Numbered from the stretch's first letter, positions 23,274 through 36,300 are shown. The stretch: 64,000 nt of DNA from Tubulanus polymorphus (GCF_964204645.1 NC_134032.1:12512275-12576274); one strand, 5' to 3'. The notes: generated by a model not told the origin, from the letters alone. Numbers and translations are program-made.

Positions 23274-23759
23274 TAAAAATTTATCTGATTAAATCAACAA
23301 TCCGGAGGGATATTTTGCTGAATTTTGACTTTTTTTGTTCGTTTAAAGCCACATTTACTCATAGAAATATAATTAATCAATTTACCCTAAAGGGCTGTAA
23401 GTATGTCAGATATGACCATTCAATATCCTCAGGGACGTTAACGAACAATACCCATCCAGTTAACATCCCTGGGGCCGCTAATTGGGGCTGCATGCCGTAA
23501 AACGGCATACAGTTATACCTGATCGATGGGCGCCGCCATCTTGTTTGATCAATATAGCTGAATTGAATTTATATAAATCAAATATATTTTGCCGTCCAGT
23601 TCTTTTTACATTATTTTTCAATTCGAGATTCTGATATTAGAACGGAAAGTTGCTTAACCGTTTCTTGCCATATCTGATGAATAATGATGGCAATAACAAC
23701 CAACTTTCAATTCATTGGGTAAATAAAATTGTTTTGAATTGAAATCACTTTTCGGTAAT

Positions 23760-23870
23760 TAGCGCGACATTTTCTAGGAAATTCCAAAAGTTCCGGGGTT
23801 TTCCAAAAACGACGATAGCGAAAAAGAAAAGCTATATTCGAAGAATTATTCCACGGATTCCATTTAGAAG
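23760..23870 (+). promoter_or_regulatory. Probable non-coding first exon / promoter of SPAG1
   Basis: Donor AAG|gttaga at 23870 and acceptor tgtag| at 24279 upstream of ATG 24314; ATTGG box at ~23884; YY1-like cgccatctt at ~23534. Confidence 0.4.
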
Positions 23871-24313
23871 GTTAGATTTTCTGATTGGGCGAATTCTAAT
23901 TTCTGTTTTAATTGATAGAGCAATTGAGAGAGTTTTTGCCTTTAAAGCCTTTGGGCCACCGGCGTCCTGATGAGTAGGCCTAGGTGTAGGGTAGTGTCTA
24001 CTGTCTGACAGCAGTAGTTACATTTTTTAGCAGTTGAGTTTAGTGATCTGATTTTGAATGTAAAAAATAAAATCGTCCCCTTGCCCAAAAAAAATTGCTC
24101 GTTATGATTATTTTAGCAAGCCGCAAGCCCGATGCACTCCCTGAATGGGTTAGGTTGTTGGCATTCATAGGTTGTTTTTCTCCATCTCCCCCTCTTTCCC
24201 CCATGACATTTCTATAAGCCTATTCATCTTCTTCCTCAATCACCGTCCATGCCTTCAAGTTGATCTTGTTTTATTGTAGCTAGTTGAAGCAGCAGCAGTA
24301 ATCGACGGACGGA

Positions 24314-27300
24314 ATGGCAACAATCGACCAACTAGGCTCCGAGAGAACCAAAAAATACGACATACCTCTCAGTCACTTAGACTTCAAATATATCGAAGAT
24401 TGCAGCGACGTGAAAGAACTTGAAAAAATTCTCAAATGTTTGAGGTTGGTCTTTCAGAAAATGTTCATTTCTCGTCAAAACCAATTTATTTAATTCAGTT
24501 TATCTGAAATCAATTTCCTTCAACTTGCTTGAGAGGATGTCAGGTGGCCTAGCTCAGTCAGTTTTAGTAATAGGCCTATGTATGTGATATTGGTCTTCGT
24601 AGCATCAGTATAGATTGGCAGCTGAATGAAAACATCAAATTTGGATCTACAGGGACCCAGTTCCACAGTTCTGAGTTGAGTTAACTCGGAGTTAAAATCA
24701 GTTCATTTTCATTGTGTTAACTCTAGAGTTAAATCTAAACTCAGAACTGTGGAACTGTGTCCAGTTATATTTTACACTGGCTGAGCTATGCCACTTGATG
24801 TCCTCTCAAGCAAAGTTGATGTAGTCATTTAGGAGTTAAACCTATTGGTGAAATTGCGCCCAAGGGCCAGTTGCACTGCCAGTCTTAGTCCTGTCCAAAA
24901 CTCAAAACCAATTGAAGTTGTCCGACAGATCATATTTTACCTAAAACTGGGCCTGAATCTGAGCCGCACTAAACCAAGCTGGACCCAGTTCCACAGTTGT
25001 GAGTTATAGAGCTCAGAGTTAACTTAAACTCATAACTGTGGAACTGGGTCCGGAGCCCAGTTTCACGAAAAAGTTTAAGCCTAAATCGGTTAAGTTTGAA
25101 TTGTTGTCCTCATTGAAAACATGAAGTAACCAATGGTGATTACACAAAAAATTTGAGTTTTCCTTTTTAAGAAACTGGACCCAGTTCATTTTCATTGAGT
25201 TAACTATGAGTTAAATCTTAACTCAAAACCGTGGAACTGGGTCCAGAGCACCAAAATCGACAGTTCAGATTTAACACGAAACTACAGCCACATTGAATCT
25301 AAATTCTGTTTGCAAATTATTTCTATTCGATATTTATAGGTCACGCGAGGAAGGATTCTATCCAGACTTGGAAACGGCGTGCGAGAAAAAACTGACGCTA
25401 ATTGCACCCGAAAATCGATTGTTGCGTAAAACAAAAGCGGCGAAATCAAAACGCGATTTAGACAAAGAAGATCTCGTCAAATTAAACAATGATTTACGAG
25501 TAAGTTTATCCATAATCATCAGTTATCAGATTTTCTGATTACGGGTTCCTACAACTCCTTCATTCGGTTCAAAACTCCTTTCAAACAAAAAAGACTCCTT
25601 AAATTTACACAAATGCCCAAAACTCAAACTTTAAAACTTCAATTTTGAGAAATAGGCAATTAGACATTTTTGTCCAGTATTAAGTTTGTAGTTGTATCAT
25701 AATCTATGCCTCAATCGGTACAGTCAGGACCAGGATTTGTGTTTACCCAATTAAGCAGTTACTGAATAAGAACCTAGTGTAAAGAATAAAGATTTGCTTA
25801 CATAACCACGGAATGAATGGTTTACTGGGATAAACAGATTTAAGTGGTGTCTACTGTAATTGGAATATGAAAGTGATGCAGACAGTTCCTCAAAATTTTC
25901 TCCTTTAAAATACCTAGAAAACAACTTCTATTCAGGTATGACTGATCTGTAGGGACCCTGGATCAGTAAGCTTAATCATAACTTAAAGCATTATCAGTTA
26001 TCAAGTATCATTACAGGCTATAGACTATAGATATTAGTTTTTATCATATCCATATCAACTATCATTATCAGTTTTCATTATACACCTTCCAACATTATCA
26101 TCATAACTCTTTGCCATTATTTAGCTTATCACGACACTAATGGCCTAGATTTTTGTTAGTGATTGAATTTCGAGTATATTTTTGTAGTAAATTCTATATT
26201 ATATCTTTTGATTTTTTCCATTCTCAGGATTGGATGGGAGACATGAAATCGGCGGAGACCAATCTGAAGACCGCAGGCGGCGCGACAAACAACCTACCAC
26301 CGGTCAGAGGAGCGGGCGTAGAAATACCAACCGATTCGGTAAATGTTCATCTTAAATTTCGACCCAATAAACCAATAGTTTTCTCCCCGAGAAGGACCTT
26401 GTGCTATTAGTTATCCTGTTAGATAGCAATCAATAGGACAACCCGCTACAAATTTTGTCCCTTTTCAATTACGTAGCTTCCATCTAGAGTTTTAGGTCCC
26501 CACATAAAGCAAATTGTGTTTTTAGGATCAACCGTGATGATCCCTATAGAACGGTCCTGAGAGGAACTTTCTTTTAACTCTTGGTGTACCCACTGGATAT
26601 ACACAGCTGATATTTGTCATTAGGAAGGAAATAAGTGTTGAAATTGATATGAAAAGTTTCGTCCATCAGCTCTAAGCTGTTTGGAAGTACACTTCCCATA
26701 ATACCTCTGGGTGTGGGGTGGTTGCTATGGTACAATGTTGTTCCGAAATTTCACTCAACAATAGCGTATCATTGCAACGGAATGCTTCACGAATTTGTTT
26801 AGTCATTACTAGTAGTTTTATGTGTTCAATAATAAGGACCGTTTTTAGCTTAGACTGGTTCATGAAACTGGACCATGTTCGTCATAAAACAGTGACCGTG
26901 TGGTGGTCTGTGAAGTAATGCAAATTATTTAGATGTTTTTCATGGGTGGCAGGGTTTACATTTCTGTGTCGTTAACTGAACAACACTGAGTCTGAATTTA
27001 CTGTTAGACAAACAATAGACTACGAAGTTCATACACGAATCTACCACGGTCAGACCGATGGCGATTTTTCGCTGAATCATCCGTGTCTCATATTTGTTTA
27101 AATTACCTATAGGAGTGACTGGTATGCCATAAAAACCTGCGCGCTGCATCCTTTCAATAAATAACAGTGTTTCACACCCGATGAATACAGCAACAAGTGC
27201 GAACGACATTCTCAACGCGCGTAACTCTAACGTGTTGGAAGTTTGATTCTTTATTGCTGAACGACTTATACCAATTCGTGAGAATTTGATCCCGATCAAA

Positions 27301-30300
27301 GCCATGATCAAAATGACGTTTATGGCGATCAGTGCAATCATAGGAGTGATGATATTTATTACAGTACCCTGCCAGCCCTCCATACGACTTTTCCATTGAC
27401 CAAAAATGGGACCAAAGAAAGGGAATTCCCTGCCTTGTCCGAAAGTGGGTGAATAGTAATCACAGTGCTGCAGCACGAGAGCTTGGTTCGGAATAAACGA
27501 TGGAAAGAAACAGAAAAAACTGAAAACAGTTAACAAGAATATAATGTAATTCACTACTTTTCGCGTCCAGAACAATCTCGATTTTAATGGGAAAAGCGTA
27601 ATTATAAGTCTTTCTAGACTGATCAGAATAACGCACCAGTTTCTGGTCAGTTGAAACATATAAAATGGTCCTATCGCAACTTTTATGAATTCATGGCCGA
27701 AATACCAGTCATCCATTCGTAAAATGGTATCGCCTAAATGTACGTAGAGGTGAACCGTGCGTAGAGGGTACATGACAAACACACTCGATGTATAAGATAT
27801 GTCGTAAATAGCGAGAATCTTCAGTAAATAGTAAACATCCTTATTCATCTTTTTCAAAACTGTAATCGTCATGATGTTCAAAACGATGCCCGATATTGTG
27901 ACGGGTCCGTAAAAGAAAATGTACATATAAACGCTGATTTCATACTCCACACGGATTGTCAGATTAGCCCGCGCCCAATCGCAAACTCCATTATAGACTG
28001 GTTTTGACAGAACCGTAGTGTTCGAATCGCTCATCATTCTTCTAGCAACTTCTCTTGCCAATTCCAACTAAATTGTCTAGAATATCATCTGCCTAATCCT
28101 CCCGGCGTCAGAACTCACCTATTTTCAGTATCAGGTAGCAATTTGTGAGACGACGGTGCACTGGTGTAATGTATTAGCTCGAGGTGCAAGTTGATAGTAG
28201 GCCTTATCTAAATTACTGTGTATACCAGTAGGAACTTTATAGAATATTTTCGTTACCGAACTACGATAGCGAATGGAAATACAAAGAAACGAGAACTACT
28301 CAGTTCAATGTAAAAGTCTTGAGTAAAATATATTTTCCTTTAAAGATACAAAATAAGATATAATACGCATGCGCAGGCACCGGACGATCAGAGGACGTCA
28401 CTGATATGATCCAGATGTAAAAAGGTCGTTAGGTTATAAGAGAGAAGTTCCGCTTTTACCACAAAAGCCATAAAATAGAAATGTAAAATGAGAGCAGTTT
28501 CGGAGAATTGGTGCATCGTCCTCCTCCGATGAAAGCTCGTTATTTTTAAAACTACTAGTTACCCACTGGATATACACAGCTGATATTTGTCATTAGGAGG
28601 GAAATAAGTGTTGGAATTAATATGGAAAGTTTCGTCCATCAGCTCTTAGCTGTTTGGAAGTACACTTCCCATAATACCTCTGGGTGTGGGGTGGTTGCTA
28701 TGGTACGATGTTGTTGCCAAATTTGAATTTCACTCATCAATAGCGTATCATTGCAACAGAATGCTTCACGAATTTGTTTAGACATTACTGGTAGTTTAAT
28801 GTGTGCAATAATAAGGACCGTTTGTAGCTTAGACTGGTTCATGAAACTGGACCATGTTCGTCATAAAACAGTGACCGTGTGGTGGTATGTGAAGTAATGC
28901 AAATTATTTAGATGTTTTTCATGTGTGGCAGGGTTTACATTTCTGTGTCGTTAACTGAACAACACTGAGTCTGAATTTACTGTTAGACAAACAATAGACT
29001 ACAAAGTTCATACACGAATCTACCACGGTCAGACCGATGGCGATTTTTCGCTGAATCATCCCCGTCTCATATTTGTTTAAATTACCTATAGGAGTGACTG
29101 GTATGCCATAAAAACCTGCGTGCTGCATTCTTTCAATAAATATCAGTGATTCACATCCGACAAATACAGCATCAAGAGCGAATGACATTCTCAACGCGCG
29201 TAACTCTAACGTGTTGGAAGTTTGATTCTTTATTGTCGAACGACTTTTACCAATTCGTGAGAATTTGATCCCAATCAAAGCCATCATCAAAATGACGTTT
29301 ACGGCGATCAGAACAATCATAGGAGTGATGATATTTATTACAGTACCCTGCCAGCCCTCCATACGACTTTTCCATTGACCAAAAATAGGATCAAAGAATG
29401 GGAAATTCTTGCCTTGCCCGAAAGTAGGTGAATAGTGAATACAGCGTTGCAGCACGAGAGCTTGGTTCGGAATAAACGACGGAAAGAAACAGAAAAAACT
29501 GAAAACAGTTAAGAAGAATACAACGCAATTCACTACTTTACGTGTCCAGAATATCCGCGATTTCAACGGGAAAAGTGTAATTACGAGTCGTTCGAAACTG
29601 ATCAGAATAACGCACCAGTTCCTGGTCAGTTGAAACATATAAAATGGTCCTATCGCAACTTTTATGAATTCATGGCCAAAATGCCAGTCATCCATACGTA
29701 AAATGGTATCGCCTAAATGTATGTAGAGATGAACCGTGCGTAGAGGGTACATGACAAACACACTCGATGTATAAGATATGTCATAAATAGCGAGAACCTT
29801 CAGTAAATAGTAAATATCCTTATTCATCTTTTTCAAAACTGTAATCGTCATGATGTTCAAAACGATGCCCGATATTGTGACGGGTCCGTAAAAGAAAATG
29901 TACATATAAACGCTGATTTCATACTCCACACGGATTGGTAGATTAGCCCGCGCCCAATCGCAAACTCCATTATAGACTGGTTTTGACAGAACTGTAGTGT
30001 TCGAATCGCTCATCATTATTCTAGCAACTCCCCTCGCCAATTCCAACTAAATTGTCTAAAATATCATCTGCCTAAGCCTCTCGGCGTCAGTACTCACCAA
30101 TTTTCAGTATCAGGTAGCAATTTATGAGTCGATGGTGCACTGGTGTAGCCTGAGGTGCAAGCCGATAGTAGGCCTAATCTAAATTACTGTGTACCGGTCA
30201 GAACTGTATAGAATGTGAAAGCTCGTTATTCTTAAAACTATACGCATATTTTCTTGTTCATCTTTCACAATTTTGAACTCTGATGTTGGTTTATATACAC

Positions 30301-33300
30301 GTAGTTAATAAGGTTTATACATTTTTTGTTATACAGCTAAATCCTCATATTTTATGTCTTCAGTCGATTTTTCGAAAAACTGAATAATTTACATTTAAAT
30401 AAGATTATGATGTACTTGTGTATATTTTGAAACACACTGTGAATTACTTTTAGAGTTTCTATTCTTTGGGAATTTACTTAGCTTCTGATACGCGTGACTC
30501 TCGATAGCTGTAAGAATTTGAATGATACGGCTTCGACGAAAGAGTAATAGAAGGAACCGTTAAGAATTTTTAAATTTTTAATATAGCTGCTCAGCAGCGA
30601 TAATGGGTTTTCTGCGTTGATAATGATGAGGAACTTTCCTTTACCTTTTAGAAGCGCGTGGAGTTATCCTCTCCTCGTAACAACCAAATGTGGAAGCATT
30701 TTTACTTTAACATAGCTTTAATTTCCTCTATGTAAAAAGTGGAGACGCGTCCAGTCGATTTATAATTTTGTTTAATGATGTTTTTCATCTATTTATAGAA
30801 AGCGAAAGGAAAAAGTAAAAATGCAACGGAAAATAATTCTAAGAAACGCGTCAAACCGAGAGATTACAGAGAATGGGACAAGTGAGAATTTATATTTCAT
30901 AATCCCCTGGGTATTTCTCAGATGTGTCACCAGCTTGAAGAAAATCTTTTTGAAATTTGATTAATATTTAGAAAAATTTTGTATTCCTGATAATCATGAC
31001 ATAAAATTTAGACCTATCGTGTTTCATAGTGAATGATTTACTGAAGTTTGCATTTATCTTGTAAGTTGGGTTTAAATTAAAATCTAATCAATTGAATAAC
31101 TATTAATAAAAGCGATAACCATCTCTATCTCAAGATTTAAAAAAAAAATTGCTCGAAAATGGAATTTTCTGGATCGAATTTTCAGAGTAAATATCGAAGA
31201 AGAACTACAGAAAGTCGACGCGGTGCCTGTGAAAAATGAAAAACCGGCGAACAAAGACTGCAACAATAAATCAATCGACATAGAAACAACAGTGAACACA
31301 CAGGGTAAGAGGGCTGCCTATTGTCGTAAATGAAAAGAAAAAAGCGCAAACCAGCGCGCTTACATGAAATCCCAATTTTTGGCCAATTGCATTTTTCGGA
31401 GTGTTTAATGATTTATCTCTGTAGCCAATTTCGTATTCTAAAAATGTTTATTGATAAGTTACTTATAATAAGAGGGGTAAGATATATTGATAATGATAAT
31501 GATAATCAGGAAGATTGAGGATTGATTATGTCGAAGCACTAATTGGGGGCTCTCTACCACAGGCTACACGTACATATGTGTGAGTATTGATTAATCTGCG
31601 GTCTAATTACTTGTTTATACGAATATCTATAACGATTAGTAAAATGAGACGTATTCGTATTGGATATAGCCACAACCCTTCTATCGAGTACAGTCTTCTG
31701 TATGTGCCAGTAACTGGACTAGCCTTAATTATGTTACCAGCAGTCTGAGAAGTACATAGACTTTGTTTATCTGCAGTTTGGCGAAATTTCATTCAATTAT
31801 TGATGGGCATTTCGTCTGTTAAGAGCGACTATGTTTTATAAAACTTTCGAACTTGAGACTTACTAAGAGTTTGAAAGTCGCCTCTCGGTCACAGTTTGCA
31901 TTAAGTTGTGTTGAAACAAGGAAGTTAAGTAGAATCATTTGTTGAATTGTTTTCGAATTCGATCATCGGGTGAAGCTTTATTATGATTGAAACTACCTGG
32001 TAACAGTGTTTGAAAGTCGTCAGTCGGTTGCAGGTTGTATCGATGTGAATATTCTTCAAACCAAGTTCGCAGCTGATCAGTTGTGTTTAGAACAAGAATT
32101 TGTAACATCAGTTCGATTTTTTTCATAGACGAAGGGTGAATCTACGAGTTTATATCGATTTGAATATTCTTTAGACTGAATTTATTGTAGATGGTTGAAA
32201 TCATTTGTGATTAAATAAGAAGGTTAAGCAGTATATCATCGGTTCATTTGTCTTCAAAATTAATCGTATCGTGAAGCCTTGTTGGGGAAACTTTCTCCCA
32301 GCGCCTTGTCATGAAAACATTAGTAAATCCTAAATTTGACCGCCGATCTGTTGACTTTGATTCGTAGAAATGACATCGCAGGAAATATCGTTGAAAGCCG
32401 AACGCGAGAAGAATAAAGGTAACGAAGCGTTCTACGCGGGAGATCACAACGAGGCTATCATATACTACAATCGCAGTTTATCATTACAACCGACCGCCGC
32501 AACTTATAACAACAGAGCCATGGCATGTGAGTATCTCTTTTTCATACCTTTTCACCTGTTATCCAATGACCACACTTTACATCTGCTCAGCACTTCACCC
32601 GAGACATCGTTAGTTGAAAATCATCCTCCCTCGGCAGGAATTTGAACCTGATGGCATCGCTACACCCAGCCACGGCTCGAACCCCTGCCACACTAGACCG
32701 GGTGCGCAGGTACATGGGCAGCTTTGCCGCACGAAAACTTGAGGGCACCAATCAGATTGCTCGTTGTATAGTCGCTGAGGCAAATTTCACGGAAGAACTA
32801 TAAATGGGAAAACCTGGGCTATAATAAAACGGGATATCTGATTGGCTAATAATGACATCATCTTCTAAGCTGCGCATGTAGCTGCGCACTCGGTCTCGTA
32901 TCGTGGCAATCTCGATGCCATCAGGTTCAAATCCCTGCCGGGGAGGATGGTTGAAGATGAGCTACAAAGACATTTAGCATTTTATCACCTGGGACATTTT
33001 TAATTGGAAAACTACAAACGCCAGACATTTTATCGGCATACTTTCAAAAACTGATCATCCACACTTCAAATGTGCTCAGTATTTCACCTGAGACATTTTT
33101 AATTGAAAATGAACTACAAAAACCAGAAATTAGACATTTTATTCTGCAACCTTGAATGTGTGAAGAAGGATATTTCATGAACATGCAACCTGGGACCAAA
33201 TACACCCCCACCCTCCACAACAACATGTATTGAATTGAATGAATATTTTGACTGTTTCAGATATAAAACTCAAGAAATGGGATGAAGCATTGGAAGATTG

Positions 33301-36300
33301 TAATCGAGTTCTCGAGGACGATACGGAGAATGTGAAAGCGATGTTACGTCGCGGTGTCGTGTACCAGGGTAAACGAAAGTGGCACGAAGCACTCGCCGAT
33401 CTTAAAGACGTCCTCGAATGGGAGCCGCATAACAAACGTGCTCAGGTGTGTTTATACGTATATCATACTTATCATGGTTGTTAAAGAAATTAAACCATTA
33501 CCGTTCCTACGACTTCTTGATTCCTTTAAAACTCCTTAAATGAATGCTTTGAAAGGTGCTTGAAACTCATTTGATTGGAGCAAAATGCCCAAAACTCCTT
33601 CAAACTTGAGACATTTTTTAACGTTTTAGACCGTTCTTGCCGAGGTCGAAAAAGAGATGGAGAAGGACGCCGAAGAGGCTAACGCGAAAAAGAGGAAAGG
33701 ACGAAAACTAGTGATAGAGGAAGTCGACTGCGAAGAGGAGGAAAATACTGATAAACAGGTACTGGAAAAATTTGAATTCAAATTTTGGAAAAATTCCAGA
33801 ATTTGTTCCATACGAAATGAATGTGAAATATTGGTAGAAATTTATCAAATTTTGTTTTTCAAATCGATTCGCTATGTTTGTAGGAAACTAATACCGACCT
33901 CGTTAACGGACACGCTGACGACATATTGGATCAGGCAGATGGACAAACTTGTAGCAATACTAAAACTGCGCCACCTAGCGAAAAAGAACCGATTTACGCG
34001 AGTAACGCATCGAAAGTCGTGGCGAGTAAGAGTGACGATTTGGAGAAAGCGGTTCCTCCGTCCGCCGTCGAGAAACAAGATGGCGGCGAAGCCGACGACG
34101 GCAGCGACACGGCTTCCGAATCTCCTGCGACGGAGAGCGAAAACATATCGGAATCGTCGACTCCCGACCGCGACGTAGAATCGGACGAGTCCGACAATGA
34201 GGACGACGATATGCCCGGATTGGAAAACGACGCCGTTCCTATGGTTACCGACGCGGACGACGAAACGGAAGCGATGCCCGCGTTGGATCAGGAAGAAATG
34301 CCGACGCTCGAACGAGCGCAGAAAAAGTCGAAGCAGCAGAAAAATCGATCTCGGAAGAACGTGCGCGATTCGGAGATACTACCGGGTTTAAAACTGCAGC
34401 AGACGCAGACTCCGGTCGCTAAGGATACGACGACAACGACTCCGATTGTCGAGGAGGTGAAGCGAACTGTTTTCGTGTTGTCCGAGTTGCCGGATAGCGT
34501 TACCTTTTTGAAATCGGGCGGCAACGAACTGTATAAATCGGGACAATACGCGGACGCGATCGAGCGTTACTCTAAAGCCATTAACAAGTTAGAAAACGGT
34601 AAAATAGTTCTCCTTATGTCGAGAGACAATTAACGATAATTCAGGGAAATTCTAAACTTCTCCGTAAGAACCCAGTTCAACAGTATTAAATCAATATTTT
34701 TTTCCTTCCTATTGAGATATTGAGAGTACAGTTCTGGCTGAACATCCTAGCATTGGAGAATAGAGACCATTGCCTCGATACAGAGGGTCACCTCCTAGAA
34801 CAAACTGTTATGAACTGTTACTATTTTAACCTGCAGAGTCTAAGAAAACAATTGTAGCACAGGGAATGAAACAGACCTACAAAATTGAAGACTTAACGAC
34901 TAAAGTCTGTTCGTAACAATAATGTTTTGGGCAGAACTTATCTCATGAAAAAATGTTTAAGAAATTAATAGACTAGGCAGACTACAACTGAAGTCTTGAT
35001 TGATTTTATGGGTCAGGGAGCCTCATTGGTAGAATACACATCTCTTGAAATAGATAATCGTTGAAACTAGTCACGATGGATAATGGGTGATATTTTCATT
35101 GTTTATTTTCAGTAAAGGACGTCGATCATCGAGTTCAGTTATCGTATTTATACAGCAACCGAGCGGCGTGTACACTAAAAACAGGAGCCAGCTCCGAGTG
35201 TATCGCTGATTGTACAAAATCTCTACAGTTACTGCCACATTCTATTAAACCTCTCATACGCCGAGCTCAGGCTTACGAAACTAAAGAAAAGTAAGTTTTA
35301 TTTACACCATTTTCATAAGGGTTAACTGAACGCATAACTTTGATCCTCAGTTTTAGTTATTTTCGAAGAAATACATTTTGTACAATCAAAGGGTTGTAAT
35401 TTCTGAAAGAAGGAGTGTTAATTTTACAGGTTTTAATGATCTCTGTCTTCATGAAAATGGCAACCTCAATAGGAAGCCAGATATCTGACCACCCCTAAAT
35501 CTATCCCTGGAATATTTTTATTTGTTTTTCGTGTTTTTCAGTTACAAACATGCGTATGTGGACTATAAACAAGTTCTGGCTATTGATCCGTCTGTGGAAA
35601 GTGCAGTCACTGGTTCTAGCAGGTATATACGATATTCTTATTTTTCATGCAGCTGCATTACTAGATTATGTTATCTTTACAATTCTACAGCGAGAGCCTT
35701 GAGGATTTTAGTTACAAATTGTAAGGCACTTGAAACAGAAATTGAACACTTCTTGTTAAGGAAGAGCCTAGTTCCTAAGTATATAATGTATATATTTATT
35801 GATGTATTTGTTAGATGTGGTCAGCATTTGTTTTCTGATATCGGCACCCGATGGAGAGAACACCTTCCTCCGATATCTGTTGTTACGGCGACAGACATCC
35901 CGTTGATTGTTGATCCGAAATCACCGCAAGCAACTCAACTTACACCAGGTAAAGTTGTGTCAGTCAGCACAGCTGACTGGCAGCTGTCTTTTCAGGTTCC
36001 CTGATGACTAGATTCCTTAAAAACTCCTTTTAAACGGAAAATGATTGAAACTTTGAACAAAATGTCAGAAATTCATTCAGTGTTGAGAAACAGATGATTA
36101 GATGCTTTAGATGTTGTACATTAGACTGCTCCTAAATCAGTACAGCTGGAACCAGCATCTTTTTGTCACCCTATTAAGCGGTTACTGAATTAGAAACCAA
36201 GTTTAGTTAGTGTCAAGGATTGAAATTTGCTTATAAAACTGCTGAATTAACGGTTTACGGAGATGAAGAGTACTGATTTAGGAGGAGTCTACTGTAATGG

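Larger units (their letters stand above)
19877..23487 (+). mobile_element. Right part of a probable CACTA/EnSpm-like DNA transposon (accessory gene, subterminal repeats, ...TAATTGGG end)
   Basis: Ulp1+PHD cargo; the satellite motif recurs degenerate and then inverted (gttaacatccctgggg ~23459-23474) just before gctaattggg. Left end and TSD were not found, so the superfamily is inferred. Confidence 0.45.
26587..30241. repeat. Tandem segmental duplication carrying the GPCR gene
   Basis: Units start at tacccactggatatacacagctg (~26587 and ~28560) and end at gaaagctcgttatt.ttaaaacta (~28555 and ~30241). Unit 1 has ~285 bp (~28245-28530) absent from unit 2. Confidence 0.92.

Noticed and set aside
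28038-28067. TTG-initiated N-terminal extension of the GPCRs (also 30017-30046)
   Set aside because: Artefact of prokaryotic start-codon rules; the first ATG is 10 codons downstream, though an upstream spliced exon at tttag|TTG cannot be excluded.
26672-28842. Paired small ORFs 26672-26863 and 28639-28842 as a conserved peptide gene
   Set aside because: The similarity is explained by the tandem duplication; they lie in the GPCR 3' flanks and have no recognisable motif.
32622-32949. tRNA gene
   Set aside because: Only the B box / T-loop is present, as an inverted pair with a TSD; no cloverleaf could be built.
33657-34524. Overlapping alternative-frame and antisense ORFs in the large SPAG1 exon
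   Set aside because: Expected shadows of a GC-richer low-complexity coding exon.
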